DNA of 56,743 nucleotides. It comes from a virus. Position numbers and translations under genes: made by a program. Location: positions 1 through 56,743 of the IMG/VR virus record IMGVR_UViG_3300037484_000539, one strand, 5' to 3'. Position 1 is the first letter of the stretch. Each line of letters opens with the position of its first letter. A model generated the notes under the pieces. The model made no database searches. It worked only from the letters and a program-made list of their open reading frames with translations, and was not told the DNA's origin. Shown one piece after another: positions 35,227 to 42,873 of this stretch.

Positions 35227-36075
35227 GTGGCCATTGATGTTCAGGGACTACTTTCCGAAGCGAGAGGCAGCGTGGGCCTTGGTTTCGCAGTGCAGGAATC
35301 CCTTGGGATTGCACTGCTGAACCGGATTGCCACGGGCAAACCATACGAGCTTCAAGTGCAGCAGGGTTTGGTGGAAGGTGCCAGCAGAGTGCTTATCATG
35401 GGCCATAACCAGGACGTGGACATTGCCACCGTGCCGGAGGATATTTGGGAGGGTGGCGGCGCATATCCATTCCAGACTTCAGCACAATCACTTGAAATTC
35501 TAAGCAGTGCGGCGGCTGACACGGCAGCCGGAACGGGGGCGCAATCCGTCCGGGTATCAGGGCTTGATGCGTCATGGACGGAGCAAAGCGAGGTGGTGGT
35601 CCTGAACGGAGTGACCCCGGTGCCGTTGGCCTTGCAATTTTTCAGGGTAAATGCGTGTGAGTGCGTGACAGCCGGAAGCGGCCTTTCCAATGCCGGGACG
35701 ATAACACTGCGGGTGGCCGGGGCTGGAGCATCTCAAGCCGTGATTGAAATCGGGGATGGCCGTGCCCATCAGGCCATTTACACCGTGCCTGCCGGTAAAA
35801 CCCTGTTCTTCATCAGCCGGGAAGTTGCGACACTAAGGCAGGCGGTGCCGGTAGGTTGTGAAATAAATATATTCGTGCGGAACGGCAGCGCTTCGCAGCC
35901 CTGGATTGCGAGGAACATCTTTGGCACCACATCGGACGGCACGTCCTCTTATGTCAAAGAGCTTCCATTTTTGAGCGTGGGACAGCGCAATGATTTCCGG
36001 GTCACGGTGGTGGGGGTAACTGCAAATAATGTGGCCCTGAGCGTGACCATTGAGGCGTTCCTGATAAATAATTGA
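35227..36075 (+). CDS. Putative virion protein, 282 aa
   Basis: GTG start abutting the upstream stop. The composition suggests beta-rich structure. Confidence 0.5.
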   Translation: MAIDVQGLLSEARGSVGLGFAVQESLGIALLNRIATGKPYELQVQQGLVEGASRVLIMGHNQDVDIATVPEDIWEGGGAYPFQTSAQSLEILSSAAADTAAGTGAQSVRVSGLDASWTEQSEVVVLNGVTPVPLALQFFRVNACECVTAGSGLSNAGTITLRVAGAGASQAVIEIGDGRAHQAIYTVPAGKTLFFISREVATLRQAVPVGCEINIFVRNGSASQPWIARNIFGTTSDGTSSYVKELPFLSVGQRNDFRVTVVGVTANNVALSVTIEAFLINN

Positions 36076-36076
36076 A

Positions 36077-36286
36077 ATGGCAACACAAACCGAAATAGCC
36101 CAAGGAGCCAATTGCCTGTGTCTTCCTCAGGGGATGGAACTGGCCGCGCAGACTTATCTGCTGGCCCAACTAGCTGGAATTACCGATCCCGCCACCATCA
36201 TGGAGGGGGCGAAGTGTTTTAAGTGCATACCGGATGGGATGCAACTCCCCGCGCAAATCTTTCTTCTTAACGAGCTTTTGACGTAA
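36077..36286 (+). CDS. Small protein made of two copies of a C..C(I/L)P.GM..A...(Y/F)LL motif
   Basis: ANCLCLPQGMELAAQTYLLAQL and AKCFKCIPDGMQLPAQIFLLNEL. The same motif opens the next gene. Confidence 0.6.
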   Translation: MATQTEIAQGANCLCLPQGMELAAQTYLLAQLAGITDPATIMEGAKCFKCIPDGMQLPAQIFLLNELLT

Positions 36287-37062
36287 TGACCGTCCAGCAA
36301 ATAGTTGATGGTGCGCAGTCCATTTCCTGCTGCATTCCAAAAGGCTTGCAGCAGGCGTCCGTTGTTTACCTCCTGAACCAGATTCTCAGTGGCAACAGCA
36401 GCAATCAGGGTGTCTCCCTATTAGCCAACCTCTACGACCATTGGAGGTTCGATGGTGATACGAACGGGGTGAATGGACATAATTTCACGGTGGTTACTCC
36501 GGTATTTGAGTCAGGAAAGGTAACGGCCAGTGCCATACGGTTTAACATAGCCACCCCGGCTGGGACAGGCACGGCACTCGGAACAGCGGGAGATTTGGTG
36601 CTGACGCAATCGATCAGTTTTGCGTTCTGGTTCAACTTTGCCACTTTCCAAACATCCACCCAGAACAATCTGGTGGGAAATCACGTTGGGCCGGGAACTT
36701 CCGGTGTGAAAATAAGGGGAAGAACTTCTCCAAGCCTTACGATCCAGCAGGCGGGCAGCGTGGTGAATTCCCCAACGGCATTCGTGCTTGGCAATTGGGT
36801 GTTTGTGGCGGGGGGAATTGATTTAATCACACCCACCAGATGGATCACGATTGATGGAGCGGCCAAAACCATAGGTGGAGTGCCCGTCTCCGATGCCACT
36901 CCGGTCAATAACCTTTACATCGGCAAAGACCCGCTTGTGGCCCAGGTGTGCGACATGAGAATGAACAGCTTGTCCATCTGGAGGGGGAAAGTATTGAGCG
37001 CCGCAGATATTGCCTACCTCTACAACGCCGGGGCGGGGCGTAATTATCCTTTCTTTACGTAG
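36286..37062 (+). CDS. LamG/concanavalin-like domain protein; fibre or receptor-binding candidate
   Basis: The N-terminal SCCIPKGLQQASVVYLLNQIL motif, and the C-terminal LSIWRGKVLSAADIAYLYNAGAGRNYPF typical of Laminin_G_3. Confidence 0.6.
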   Translation: MTVQQIVDGAQSISCCIPKGLQQASVVYLLNQILSGNSSNQGVSLLANLYDHWRFDGDTNGVNGHNFTVVTPVFESGKVTASAIRFNIATPAGTGTALGTAGDLVLTQSISFAFWFNFATFQTSTQNNLVGNHVGPGTSGVKIRGRTSPSLTIQQAGSVVNSPTAFVLGNWVFVAGGIDLITPTRWITIDGAAKTIGGVPVSDATPVNNLYIGKDPLVAQVCDMRMNSLSIWRGKVLSAADIAYLYNAGAGRNYPFFT

Positions 37063-37073
37063 GTCATAGCCTA

Positions 37074-37763
37074 ATGTCGGGCATGAGAATTGTTACATTA
37101 CTGCTGGCCCTATCGCTTCCATTGTTCGGTGCTTCCAAGCTGCCCCACCTTTACAACTGCTGGACGTTTGATGACACAGTTTACGGTATCAACACACAGC
37201 CATTCCAGATCACATCACCCGCCTTTGAGCCGGGATTGTTTGGCAATGGATTGAGATGCAATTCCACTCCAGATGCGTCCGGCACGGCTATTGGCACTGT
37301 CACGATGGTTTACACGCAGGACTGGACGGGAATGGTGTGGGTGAATCCGAACATCATCAGCGGCACTCAAACGGTTCTCGATAACGTGACGGGAAGCGGA
37401 GTAAACCGGCGTGGATTCTCATTGCAAATCCAAAGTACCGGGGCGGTGGTTTTGGTAGTGCATGGAGGGGGTTCTGTATTCAATGTGGCTACAAGCATTC
37501 CCATAACATCCGGCACATGGAACTGCGTTCTGTTTGGCTATAACGCCACTACTCTCAAATCATTCATAAGGGTCAATGACGTGCAGACAGATCATCCGGG
37601 AGTTGTCCTTCCCGGTGGAGGCCCGCCCGCCAATCTGCGCATAGGATCGTCATTGGACGGTGTTCTGGATAATCTCGCGTTATGGAAGGGAAAAGTCCTG
37701 ACCGCCACAGAGATGAGTGAACTTTACAACTCAGGAACAGGGGTTGATTATCCATTCCCATGA
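37074..37763 (+). CDS. LamG/concanavalin-like paralog with a signal peptide
   Basis: MSGMRIVTLLLALSLPLFGAS at the N-terminus, and LALWKGKVLTATEMSELYNSGTGVDYPF at the C-terminus. Confidence 0.6.
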   Translation: MSGMRIVTLLLALSLPLFGASKLPHLYNCWTFDDTVYGINTQPFQITSPAFEPGLFGNGLRCNSTPDASGTAIGTVTMVYTQDWTGMVWVNPNIISGTQTVLDNVTGSGVNRRGFSLQIQSTGAVVLVVHGGGSVFNVATSIPITSGTWNCVLFGYNATTLKSFIRVNDVQTDHPGVVLPGGGPPANLRIGSSLDGVLDNLALWKGKVLTATEMSELYNSGTGVDYPFP

Positions 37764-38239
37764 AGCACCGCACCCATAAGGGTGGAATGAGCCAGAGCAT
37801 AAACGGCTGGATGGGACTCAGGAAAACTTGGAAACAAATGAAGGACATGGAGTTGAATATGTTGAAAGCTGAAAACCAGAAAATGCGCGACGAGATCGCC
37901 AAAAAGATAATCAAGCTGGCTGCGATGATTATGTGCCTGTGCTCTGTGAATGCCCAATCCGTCCAGAGAACCCTGTCATGGGACTATGATACCAATCAGC
38001 TTGAGCCGGACATGGTGTTCCGGGTTCATAGTACAACCAACATTACCATCTCACTGGAGCAATGGCCCGTCGTATCCATGGTCACCAACATGGTGACAGG
38101 ATCAACCAATGTTCCGGTGACGATTCAACTGCCCGCCACGTTTTTCACGGTGTCAGTCAGCAATGTGGTGGGAATCACTTTTTCCGAAGTTCTCGCAGCG
38201 AGGCTTCCGGCTTCGGGAACAAGGCTAAAACTGCGCTGA
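37760..38239 (+). CDS. Hypothetical protein with an internal signal-peptide-like segment; start uncertain
   Basis: ATGA overlap at 37760. KIIKLAAMIMCLCSVNAQS suggests a later start is possible. Confidence 0.5.
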   Translation: MKHRTHKGGMSQSINGWMGLRKTWKQMKDMELNMLKAENQKMRDEIAKKIIKLAAMIMCLCSVNAQSVQRTLSWDYDTNQLEPDMVFRVHSTTNITISLEQWPVVSMVTNMVTGSTNVPVTIQLPATFFTVSVSNVVGITFSEVLAARLPASGTRLKLR

Positions 38240-38270
38240 TTCAAACAGCAGGGAGCAAACAGGGAAAGTT

Positions 38271-38459
38271 ATGGACAAAACCTCAATAACCGTGGCGGTA
38301 ATAGCGGGCCTGTTTAACGTGATCGTGGTGATAGCAGGGCGGTGGTTGAGCCATTTGGAACACAAAAAGACGGCATGTGACGTGCGGGAAATAAAGGCGG
38401 CTGTGAATGGAAAAACACTGGTTGCCAATGACGCAACTCCTCCTACAATAAGCCCATGA
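38271..38459 (+). CDS. Small single-pass membrane protein
   Basis: 62 aa with the hydrophobic stretch ITVAVIAGLFNVIVVIAG. Confidence 0.5.
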   Translation: MDKTSITVAVIAGLFNVIVVIAGRWLSHLEHKKTACDVREIKAAVNGKTLVANDATPPTISP

Positions 38460-38812
38460 AAAAGCTGCGTGTCAGTTGGGCCATCTCGTTAATCGTTCTT
38501 GCTTGTTCCCTGCCCATCATGCTGGGGCCGGGGTGCATGAGCAACAACCGGGAGGAGGCGATTGATACCCTGTTTGGTTTCGGCCAAAAGACAGACGCGG
38601 CCTACCAGCTCTATCTTGGCTTGGTGGCATCAGGGGCAATCCCAACAAACTCAGTGCCGGAAATCACCCAGTACTACCAGTTGTTCCAGTCCAATTTTAC
38701 CTTCGTGGCAGCGTCTTCTGCTTTGAACTCCAACGTCCCTTCAGCCATCAATCTCTCCAATGCCCAGTCCCAATTATTGCTGGCCATTGAAGCCCAGAAA
38801 CCAAAGAAGTAA
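38456..38812 (+). CDS. Putative lipoprotein
   Basis: MKKLRVSWAISLIVLAC looks like a signal peptide with a lipobox-like VLAC. ATGA overlap upstream. Confidence 0.55.
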   Translation: MKKLRVSWAISLIVLACSLPIMLGPGCMSNNREEAIDTLFGFGQKTDAAYQLYLGLVASGAIPTNSVPEITQYYQLFQSNFTFVAASSALNSNVPSAINLSNAQSQLLLAIEAQKPKK

Positions 38813-38941
38813 CTAGCCTTCCCAGCAAGTTCCTGCCTCATCGTGAATGAGACAGGCAAGGCAGTCCACATGCTGGATTTGCTCTGTAACAGGATCGTTT
38901 CGGGTGTTGTAAGCCCCGCACAGGGCGTGATCGTCATCCAC
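38813..38941 (-). CDS. Small Cys/His protein, 42 aa; start uncertain
   Basis: Frame of ORF 38813..39013. GTG 38941 overlaps the Dam stop (GTGGATGA). The end abuts the convergent gene. Confidence 0.3.
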   Translation of the reverse strand: MDDDHALCGAYNTRNDPVTEQIQHVDCLACLIHDEAGTCWEG

Positions 38942-39476
38942 CGGGTGGGGGAGATGGGTGGTGCGGTTGGTAAAGGATTTTGATGGCTCCAAAGCTTTTG
39001 AATTCATGGGCAAACCTTTCCACGTTGGAACCGAGATAGGTTACAACGCTTCCCTTCGTGACTCCTCTCATCACACTTCCATCCGGCAGCAGGTAGTTGG
39101 TACGGGGAGAAAGAAAGCACTGTGGATATTCCAGCAATGGTTGGAACCACGCTTCGGAAGTGCTGGCGAAGGTGATGCAGGTGATGGCCATTACTTCCTC
39201 GCGTTTGTATTCCCACACTACCTTGCGCACCCACAGTGGGTTGGCGATCCGGCCAAAAGGATGATTCAACCATACATTGCCAAACCAGTCCTGCCTCAAC
39301 CCGTCGTGCAGTTCAGTAAAAAAGCAGCCCGCCTTAACTCGTTTATTGGCTGCTGAAGACGAGGCAGGATCAAGGTCTATCCCACCCATCGTCCTTCTAG
39401 CCGCCTCAATAATGGGCTGCGGTGTCCAGAATTCGGTTTTACCCGACGTTTGATTTATCAGGCTTGCTGCGTTCAT
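38934..39476 (-). CDS. Phage Dam-family N6-adenine DNA methyltransferase-like protein
   Basis: EFWTPQPIIEAARRTMGGIDLDPASS, with WLNHPFG in place of the (D/N)PP(Y/F) motif. Confidence 0.6.
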   Translation of the reverse strand: MNAASLINQTSGKTEFWTPQPIIEAARRTMGGIDLDPASSSAANKRVKAGCFFTELHDGLRQDWFGNVWLNHPFGRIANPLWVRKVVWEYKREEVMAITCITFASTSEAWFQPLLEYPQCFLSPRTNYLLPDGSVMRGVTKGSVVTYLGSNVERFAHEFKSFGAIKILYQPHHPSPPPGG

Positions 39477-39834
39477 CTTTAATTAGCCCCCATCTGGCCA
39501 GCATTCCAATTCTCCTGCCGATAGTGCTGGCATCCATATCCAATGTTTCCGCTACTTTCTTCACATGCTTTTTCCACGCATGGCTGGAAGGTTTTTCAGG
39601 CCCGCTCCCCCAAAGCTCGATTAGCTCAAGATTGTCGTTGCGTAGCTCCTGTTGCATCTCCGCTCTTTCCATCTCCTCATAAGCCTCTTTGGTAATTAAC
39701 TCAGACAGCCTGCACGTCATTTCCCCGTTCCCATTGGTTATGCGGCAGGCGTCCTGAAAACTATAGGGATGGATGAAACGGTGCTCCGTCCAGTGCCCGT
39801 GGAGCTTGAGGTAAACTATGTCGCCAGTGTTCAC
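39439..39834 (-). CDS. Hypothetical protein with a possible C-terminal HTH
   Basis: 131 aa containing DMDASTIGRRIGMLARWGLIK. Confidence 0.5.
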   Translation of the reverse strand: MNTGDIVYLKLHGHWTEHRFIHPYSFQDACRITNGNGEMTCRLSELITKEAYEEMERAEMQQELRNDNLELIELWGSGPEKPSSHAWKKHVKKVAETLDMDASTIGRRIGMLARWGLIKDERSKPDKSNVG

Positions 39835-40133
39835 AATTGAGCACTTTCAAATGATTGCTCGGCCATTATTGACTCTTTCCGTCGTTCCCTTTCCTTGCGT
39901 GTTTGAGCGTAGCTTGGGATGGATTCAAGAAACACACTCCCAGTTCTTCGGTAGCAACTTGGCTTTCTAACTTTTAGATATGCTTCCCGAATATTCATGG
40001 GTGTGTTGATCCCAAGCTCAAATCGGGTAATTAGTTTTGCTTGCGGCAGGCTCCAGCATTTGCCGGTCGTGCTATTGCCGGGTTGGTTGTAGTGGTTGTT
40101 GTAGCAACCGACGCAGTGTTCAGTGGTTTTCAT
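39831..40133 (-). CDS. Cys-containing hypothetical protein, 100 aa
   Basis: ORF with an ATGA overlap downstream. Contains HCVGC...GKC. Confidence 0.5.
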   Translation of the reverse strand: MKTTEHCVGCYNNHYNQPGNSTTGKCWSLPQAKLITRFELGINTPMNIREAYLKVRKPSCYRRTGSVFLESIPSYAQTRKERERRKESIMAEQSFESAQL

Positions 40134-40308
40134 TGGATTCCTTAAACAGCGGCAGCTTCTCCGTGCTGAACACAGCCGCCTCTTTTCTTAATTGTTCCGC
40201 TTGCGCATCCCAACCCGCCGCGCCCTGTCTGGCTTTGGCGGCGCGGGAGCGGCAGTCGGCAATGGCTTCCTGATAGTCCTCCAGCTTCCATTCTGATTTG
40301 GGCTTCAT
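40120..40308 (-). CDS. Hypothetical protein, 62 aa
   Basis: ATG 40308 overlaps the upstream stop as ATGA (ORF 40120..40320). Confidence 0.5.
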   Translation of the reverse strand: MKPKSEWKLEDYQEAIADCRSRAAKARQGAAGWDAQAEQLRKEAAVFSTEKLPLFKESNENH

Positions 40309-40490
40309 GGTTTGAAACACTCAGGCAGTGTTAACTCTGGGAACACAGTCCTGAAGCTGGCTGCCTCAAGCTGCTCACGCGTCCAGTCTGGATGGATAAG
40401 CTCCAAATCTACAGACCCATTGGCCCATTCGTAATACTTGCGTTTGTCACCCATGTTCCACACGTAATCATTCAGTGTTTGCAGGCTCAT
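40305..40490 (-). CDS. Hypothetical protein, 61 aa
   Basis: ORF with ATGA overlaps at both ends. Confidence 0.5.
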   Translation of the reverse strand: MSLQTLNDYVWNMGDKRKYYEWANGSVDLELIHPDWTREQLEAASFRTVFPELTLPECFKP

Positions 40491-40939
40491 TTACTCCCCC
40501 TAAGCTTCCGTATCACGGCCCCTTTAAGGGAGTCCAGTTGTTTTCTGACTTCCGCCTCCTCACACTTCCTGTCCACGTTTTGTATGGCATGGATGACGGT
40601 GGAGTGATCCAGGCGGTTGAACACCAATGCAACTTCCGGCGTGGAAAGGCTGGAAAGCTCGTAGGCAATGGTCATGGCGCAATGTCTTGGCCATACGATG
40701 GAAGCCATCCGGCACGGGGAGAGCATTCTTTCCCAGTTCACGTTAAAATGACCGCACACCACTTCGATGCAGGTTTCCGCCACGAAGAACTTCTCCGCCA
40801 GCAGGCTGAAGAAATGCTTGCGCACCCTCAATTTATGCTCGCGGACTTTCTTGCGAACGGGCGCGCAATGTATCATCGCCCTGTTCCGGTGGATAATGTC
40901 CGCCATCCCATACCGGACTATTGAGGCGTAGGGGGTCAT
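40487..40939 (-). CDS. Stand-alone DnaA domain IV-like DNA-binding protein
   Basis: IVWPRHCAMTIAYELSSLSTPEVALVFNRLDHSTVIHAIQNV parallels the DnaA C-terminal signature (RQIAMYL...GRDHTTVLHA). There is no AAA+ domain. Confidence 0.65.
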   Translation of the reverse strand: MTPYASIVRYGMADIIHRNRAMIHCAPVRKKVREHKLRVRKHFFSLLAEKFFVAETCIEVVCGHFNVNWERMLSPCRMASIVWPRHCAMTIAYELSSLSTPEVALVFNRLDHSTVIHAIQNVDRKCEEAEVRKQLDSLKGAVIRKLRGSK

Positions 40940-41130
40940 AGCTGTGGAATCTTGCCGCTCTTTTCCCCGCCTTCATTGCTCTTGCGGCTGGCCTTCATGC
41001 ACACGATGGAATGTTTTACGCTGGCAATCAATCCATCCACACGATCCGTGCAGCCCTTGATGCGTTTGGGAAGTTCTGCTTCAGCCTTCTTTCTGGCTGC
41101 TTCCTGCTCCAGTGTTTCACCTTTTCTCAT
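40936..41130 (-). CDS. Hypothetical protein, 64 aa
   Basis: ORF with an ATGA overlap downstream. Confidence 0.5.
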   Translation of the reverse strand: MRKGETLEQEAARKKAEAELPKRIKGCTDRVDGLIASVKHSIVCMKASRKSNEGGEKSGKIPQL

Positions 41131-41132
41131 AG

Positions 41133-41423
41133 CTAGTGCATGGTAATGCCGATGACCGCAAACGCCTCTTTTACAGATGTAACAACGTGGACTTCAGCTT
41201 TCCATTTGGCTCTCCATTCCACCTCGTCTGGCGTGAGCTTTCTTCCACTGGGAGGTTTGGAGCCGTCTTTTATCTCCATCAAGTGATTGGTACCGCAGCG
41301 AGCCACCAGTAAATCCGGCACACCCCTCCCAAGCGCGGCAAGTGATTGGACACTGCATCCTATATCACGCAGGGCTTGCACAATCTCAGTCTGATTACGA
41401 TCCACTTTAGCGCGGAATCTCAT
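41133..41423 (-). CDS. VRR-NUC / PD-(D/E)xK nuclease
   Basis: GVPDLLVARCGTNHLMEIKDG provides the D...E.K core. The size is typical of VRR-NUC. Confidence 0.65.
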   Translation of the reverse strand: MRFRAKVDRNQTEIVQALRDIGCSVQSLAALGRGVPDLLVARCGTNHLMEIKDGSKPPSGRKLTPDEVEWRAKWKAEVHVVTSVKEAFAVIGITMH

Positions 41424-41604
41424 CGTTCAGAATAGTTGTTAACGCTCTTGCGCAGTCTTCGCATAAACGTATTTGGTTGTGATCGAACTCAATAACCATA
41501 ATGTTTTCAGGGCGGCACGAACAGCATTGGCACCCACCGAACCACTGCCTTTCACCCCAGAAGCATTTTACCTTTGCAATCGTTTCTTCAGCTTTCATTT
41601 CCAC
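41407..41604 (-). CDS. Small Cys-rich protein
   Basis: 65 aa with CQCCSC...CEDC. Confidence 0.5.
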   Translation of the reverse strand: MEMKAEETIAKVKCFWGERQWFGGCQCCSCRPENIMVIEFDHNQIRLCEDCARALTTILNDEIPR

Positions 41605-41792
41605 CTCTCAAAATGCCGCGCCATGTAAAGCTGGAGCCGCCAGATGTAGCCCTGCAATTGCACTTCCGGCCCTGGTGCCTGCTGGTAGGCTGTATGATGG
41701 GGAGTGCGCTCCCATATCCTTCTGAGGGCGTTTCTCCACTCAAGTTGGGCGTGGGTGAACTGCATGGGCTGGTGGATGGTAAAGGTGGTCAT
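41595..41792 (-). CDS. Hypothetical protein, 65 aa
   Basis: ORF within the coupled operon. Confidence 0.45.
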   Translation of the reverse strand: MTTFTIHQPMQFTHAQLEWRNALRRIWERTPHHTAYQQAPGPEVQLQGYIWRLQLYMARHFERWK

Positions 41793-41995
41793 TTAATTAC
41801 TCCTTTCTCCTGCAAAACGTGGGAAAGCCTGTCCATGAAAGTGTTAAGCCATCCACCACATCTGGTTTTCACCTTTGGGCTTCTCCCGCAATTCATGCAG
41901 CGCGTTTTGAGAATCGTCATGTAGTTATGGCCGTTGGATTCCTTCATACGCTTGTCCGCTTCACGCACGCACTCGTTGAATTGTTCCAAGGTCAT
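41789..41995 (-). CDS. Small Cys-containing protein, 68 aa
   Basis: ATG 41995 overlaps the upstream stop as ATGA (ORF 41789..42013). Confidence 0.5.
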   Translation of the reverse strand: MTLEQFNECVREADKRMKESNGHNYMTILKTRCMNCGRSPKVKTRCGGWLNTFMDRLSHVLQEKGVIK

Positions 41996-42315
41996 TTTAC
42001 GGGTTTGTTCCATTCTCCAATCTGGCAGAGGAGGGTTAAGTAGCGACCGTCAGAGAGCAATGCCTTGGTGTCTCTGGCCCACTCAGGATGGGCATGGATT
42101 GTTCCATGACCTTGAGCAGAGACAGGAATCCAAAAGCGCTCATCCATCTTAAGCGATCCAGCCCTGCCTCGCTGATGATGGACTTGCGTAGCTGGCATCC
42201 ACGTATAAACCGCACACCACTTGTCCACCAGCCACTCTTTGACTCGTTTATTGTAGGCGCGGTCTGATTTGGCTTTGGCCTTGGAGACACGGCGGATGGG
42301 TTTGCGGGGTTTCAT
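41992..42315 (-). CDS. HNH-like / NinG-like zinc-finger nuclease candidate
   Basis: Start MKPRKPIRRVSKAK, then C..(x)..QVHHQRGRAG...HGTIHAHPEWA. I recall this pattern from phage NinG/HNH-like proteins. Confidence 0.45.
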   Translation of the reverse strand: MKPRKPIRRVSKAKAKSDRAYNKRVKEWLVDKWCAVYTWMPATQVHHQRGRAGSLKMDERFWIPVSAQGHGTIHAHPEWARDTKALLSDGRYLTLLCQIGEWNKPVK

Positions 42316-42509
42316 AGATCGTTCTTCTCCAAAAACCAATCCGGCAACGTAACAATATGCTGGTTTCCCATCTTGCTCGTGTGCTCTACAACGCTTCGCG
42401 GCACCCAAATCTCATCGTCCTTCGTGGGGCGACGCTCCGGTGGAATCTTGGTGTAGAGACGGGCCAACGGAGTCTCGCGCACAAACCATAATGTTCGCTG
42501 TGAGGTCAT
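42312..42509 (-). CDS. Hypothetical protein, 65 aa
   Basis: ORF whose ATG overlaps the stop of the unlisted 42506..42670 ORF. Confidence 0.5.
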   Translation of the reverse strand: MTSQRTLWFVRETPLARLYTKIPPERRPTKDDEIWVPRSVVEHTSKMGNQHIVTLPDWFLEKNDL

Positions 42510-42670
42510 TCTTCCTCTGGATTGAATCGCATCTCCGCTTCAATAATTACATCGTCCACCGATGGCACGATTATGCCAATATCTCCTTCAGGAGTGAGTT
42601 CATTGCATCGTTCCAAGGTTGCCACCAACTGTTCTGCCAAATACCGGATAATACGATCTTCAATGGTCAT
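42506..42670 (-). CDS. Small acidic protein, 54 aa (below the ORF-track cutoff)
   Basis: Hand-translated: MTIEDRIIRYLAEQLVATLERCNELTPEGDIGIIVPSVDDVIIEAEMRFNPEEE. ATGA overlaps at both ends fill an otherwise empty gap. Confidence 0.55.
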   Translation of the reverse strand: MTIEDRIIRYLAEQLVATLERCNELTPEGDIGIIVPSVDDVIIEAEMRFNPEEE

Positions 42671-42873
42671 TGCTCACCATCCTGCAACGCTCGATTGACC
42701 GCTGCTTTAATGTTTTCACGAGTGGGGCGTTCAATTTCGCATATAGGACACACACGCCATGAGCGGGGGATTGGCACGTAAGCAACATGACCGCCCCAAT
42801 CACGCGCTTTAATCTCCCATCGGTCTTCAGCGATGCCGCACTGCCAATGAATATGAGAGCACCATTTTTTCAT
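42667..42873 (-). CDS. Small Cys-containing protein, 68 aa
   Basis: ORF with C..H...C and CPIC. Confidence 0.5.
   Translation of the reverse strand: MKKWCSHIHWQCGIAEDRWEIKARDWGGHVAYVPIPRSWRVCPICEIERPTRENIKAAVNRALQDGEQ

Noticed and set aside
36286-37763. A diversity-generating retroelement targeting the LamG paralogs
   Set aside because: There is no reverse transcriptase anywhere in the window and no near-identical template/variable DNA repeat pair. The paralogs are diverged throughout at the nucleotide level.
38674-38937. 87-aa minus-strand ORF whose ATG overlaps the Dam stop as ATGA
   Set aside because: It runs antisense through most of the plus-strand lipoprotein gene (38456..38812). That gene has a convincing signal peptide and is coupled upstream. 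The ATGA overlap is tempting, so this remains a low-probability alternative.
1243-40896. Enrichment of DnaA-box-like TTATCCAC octamers (1243, 7783, 30391, and the reverse complement near 40888)
   Set aside because: Four hits against about two expected by chance in 113 kb is not significant. Three of the four are inside coding regions.
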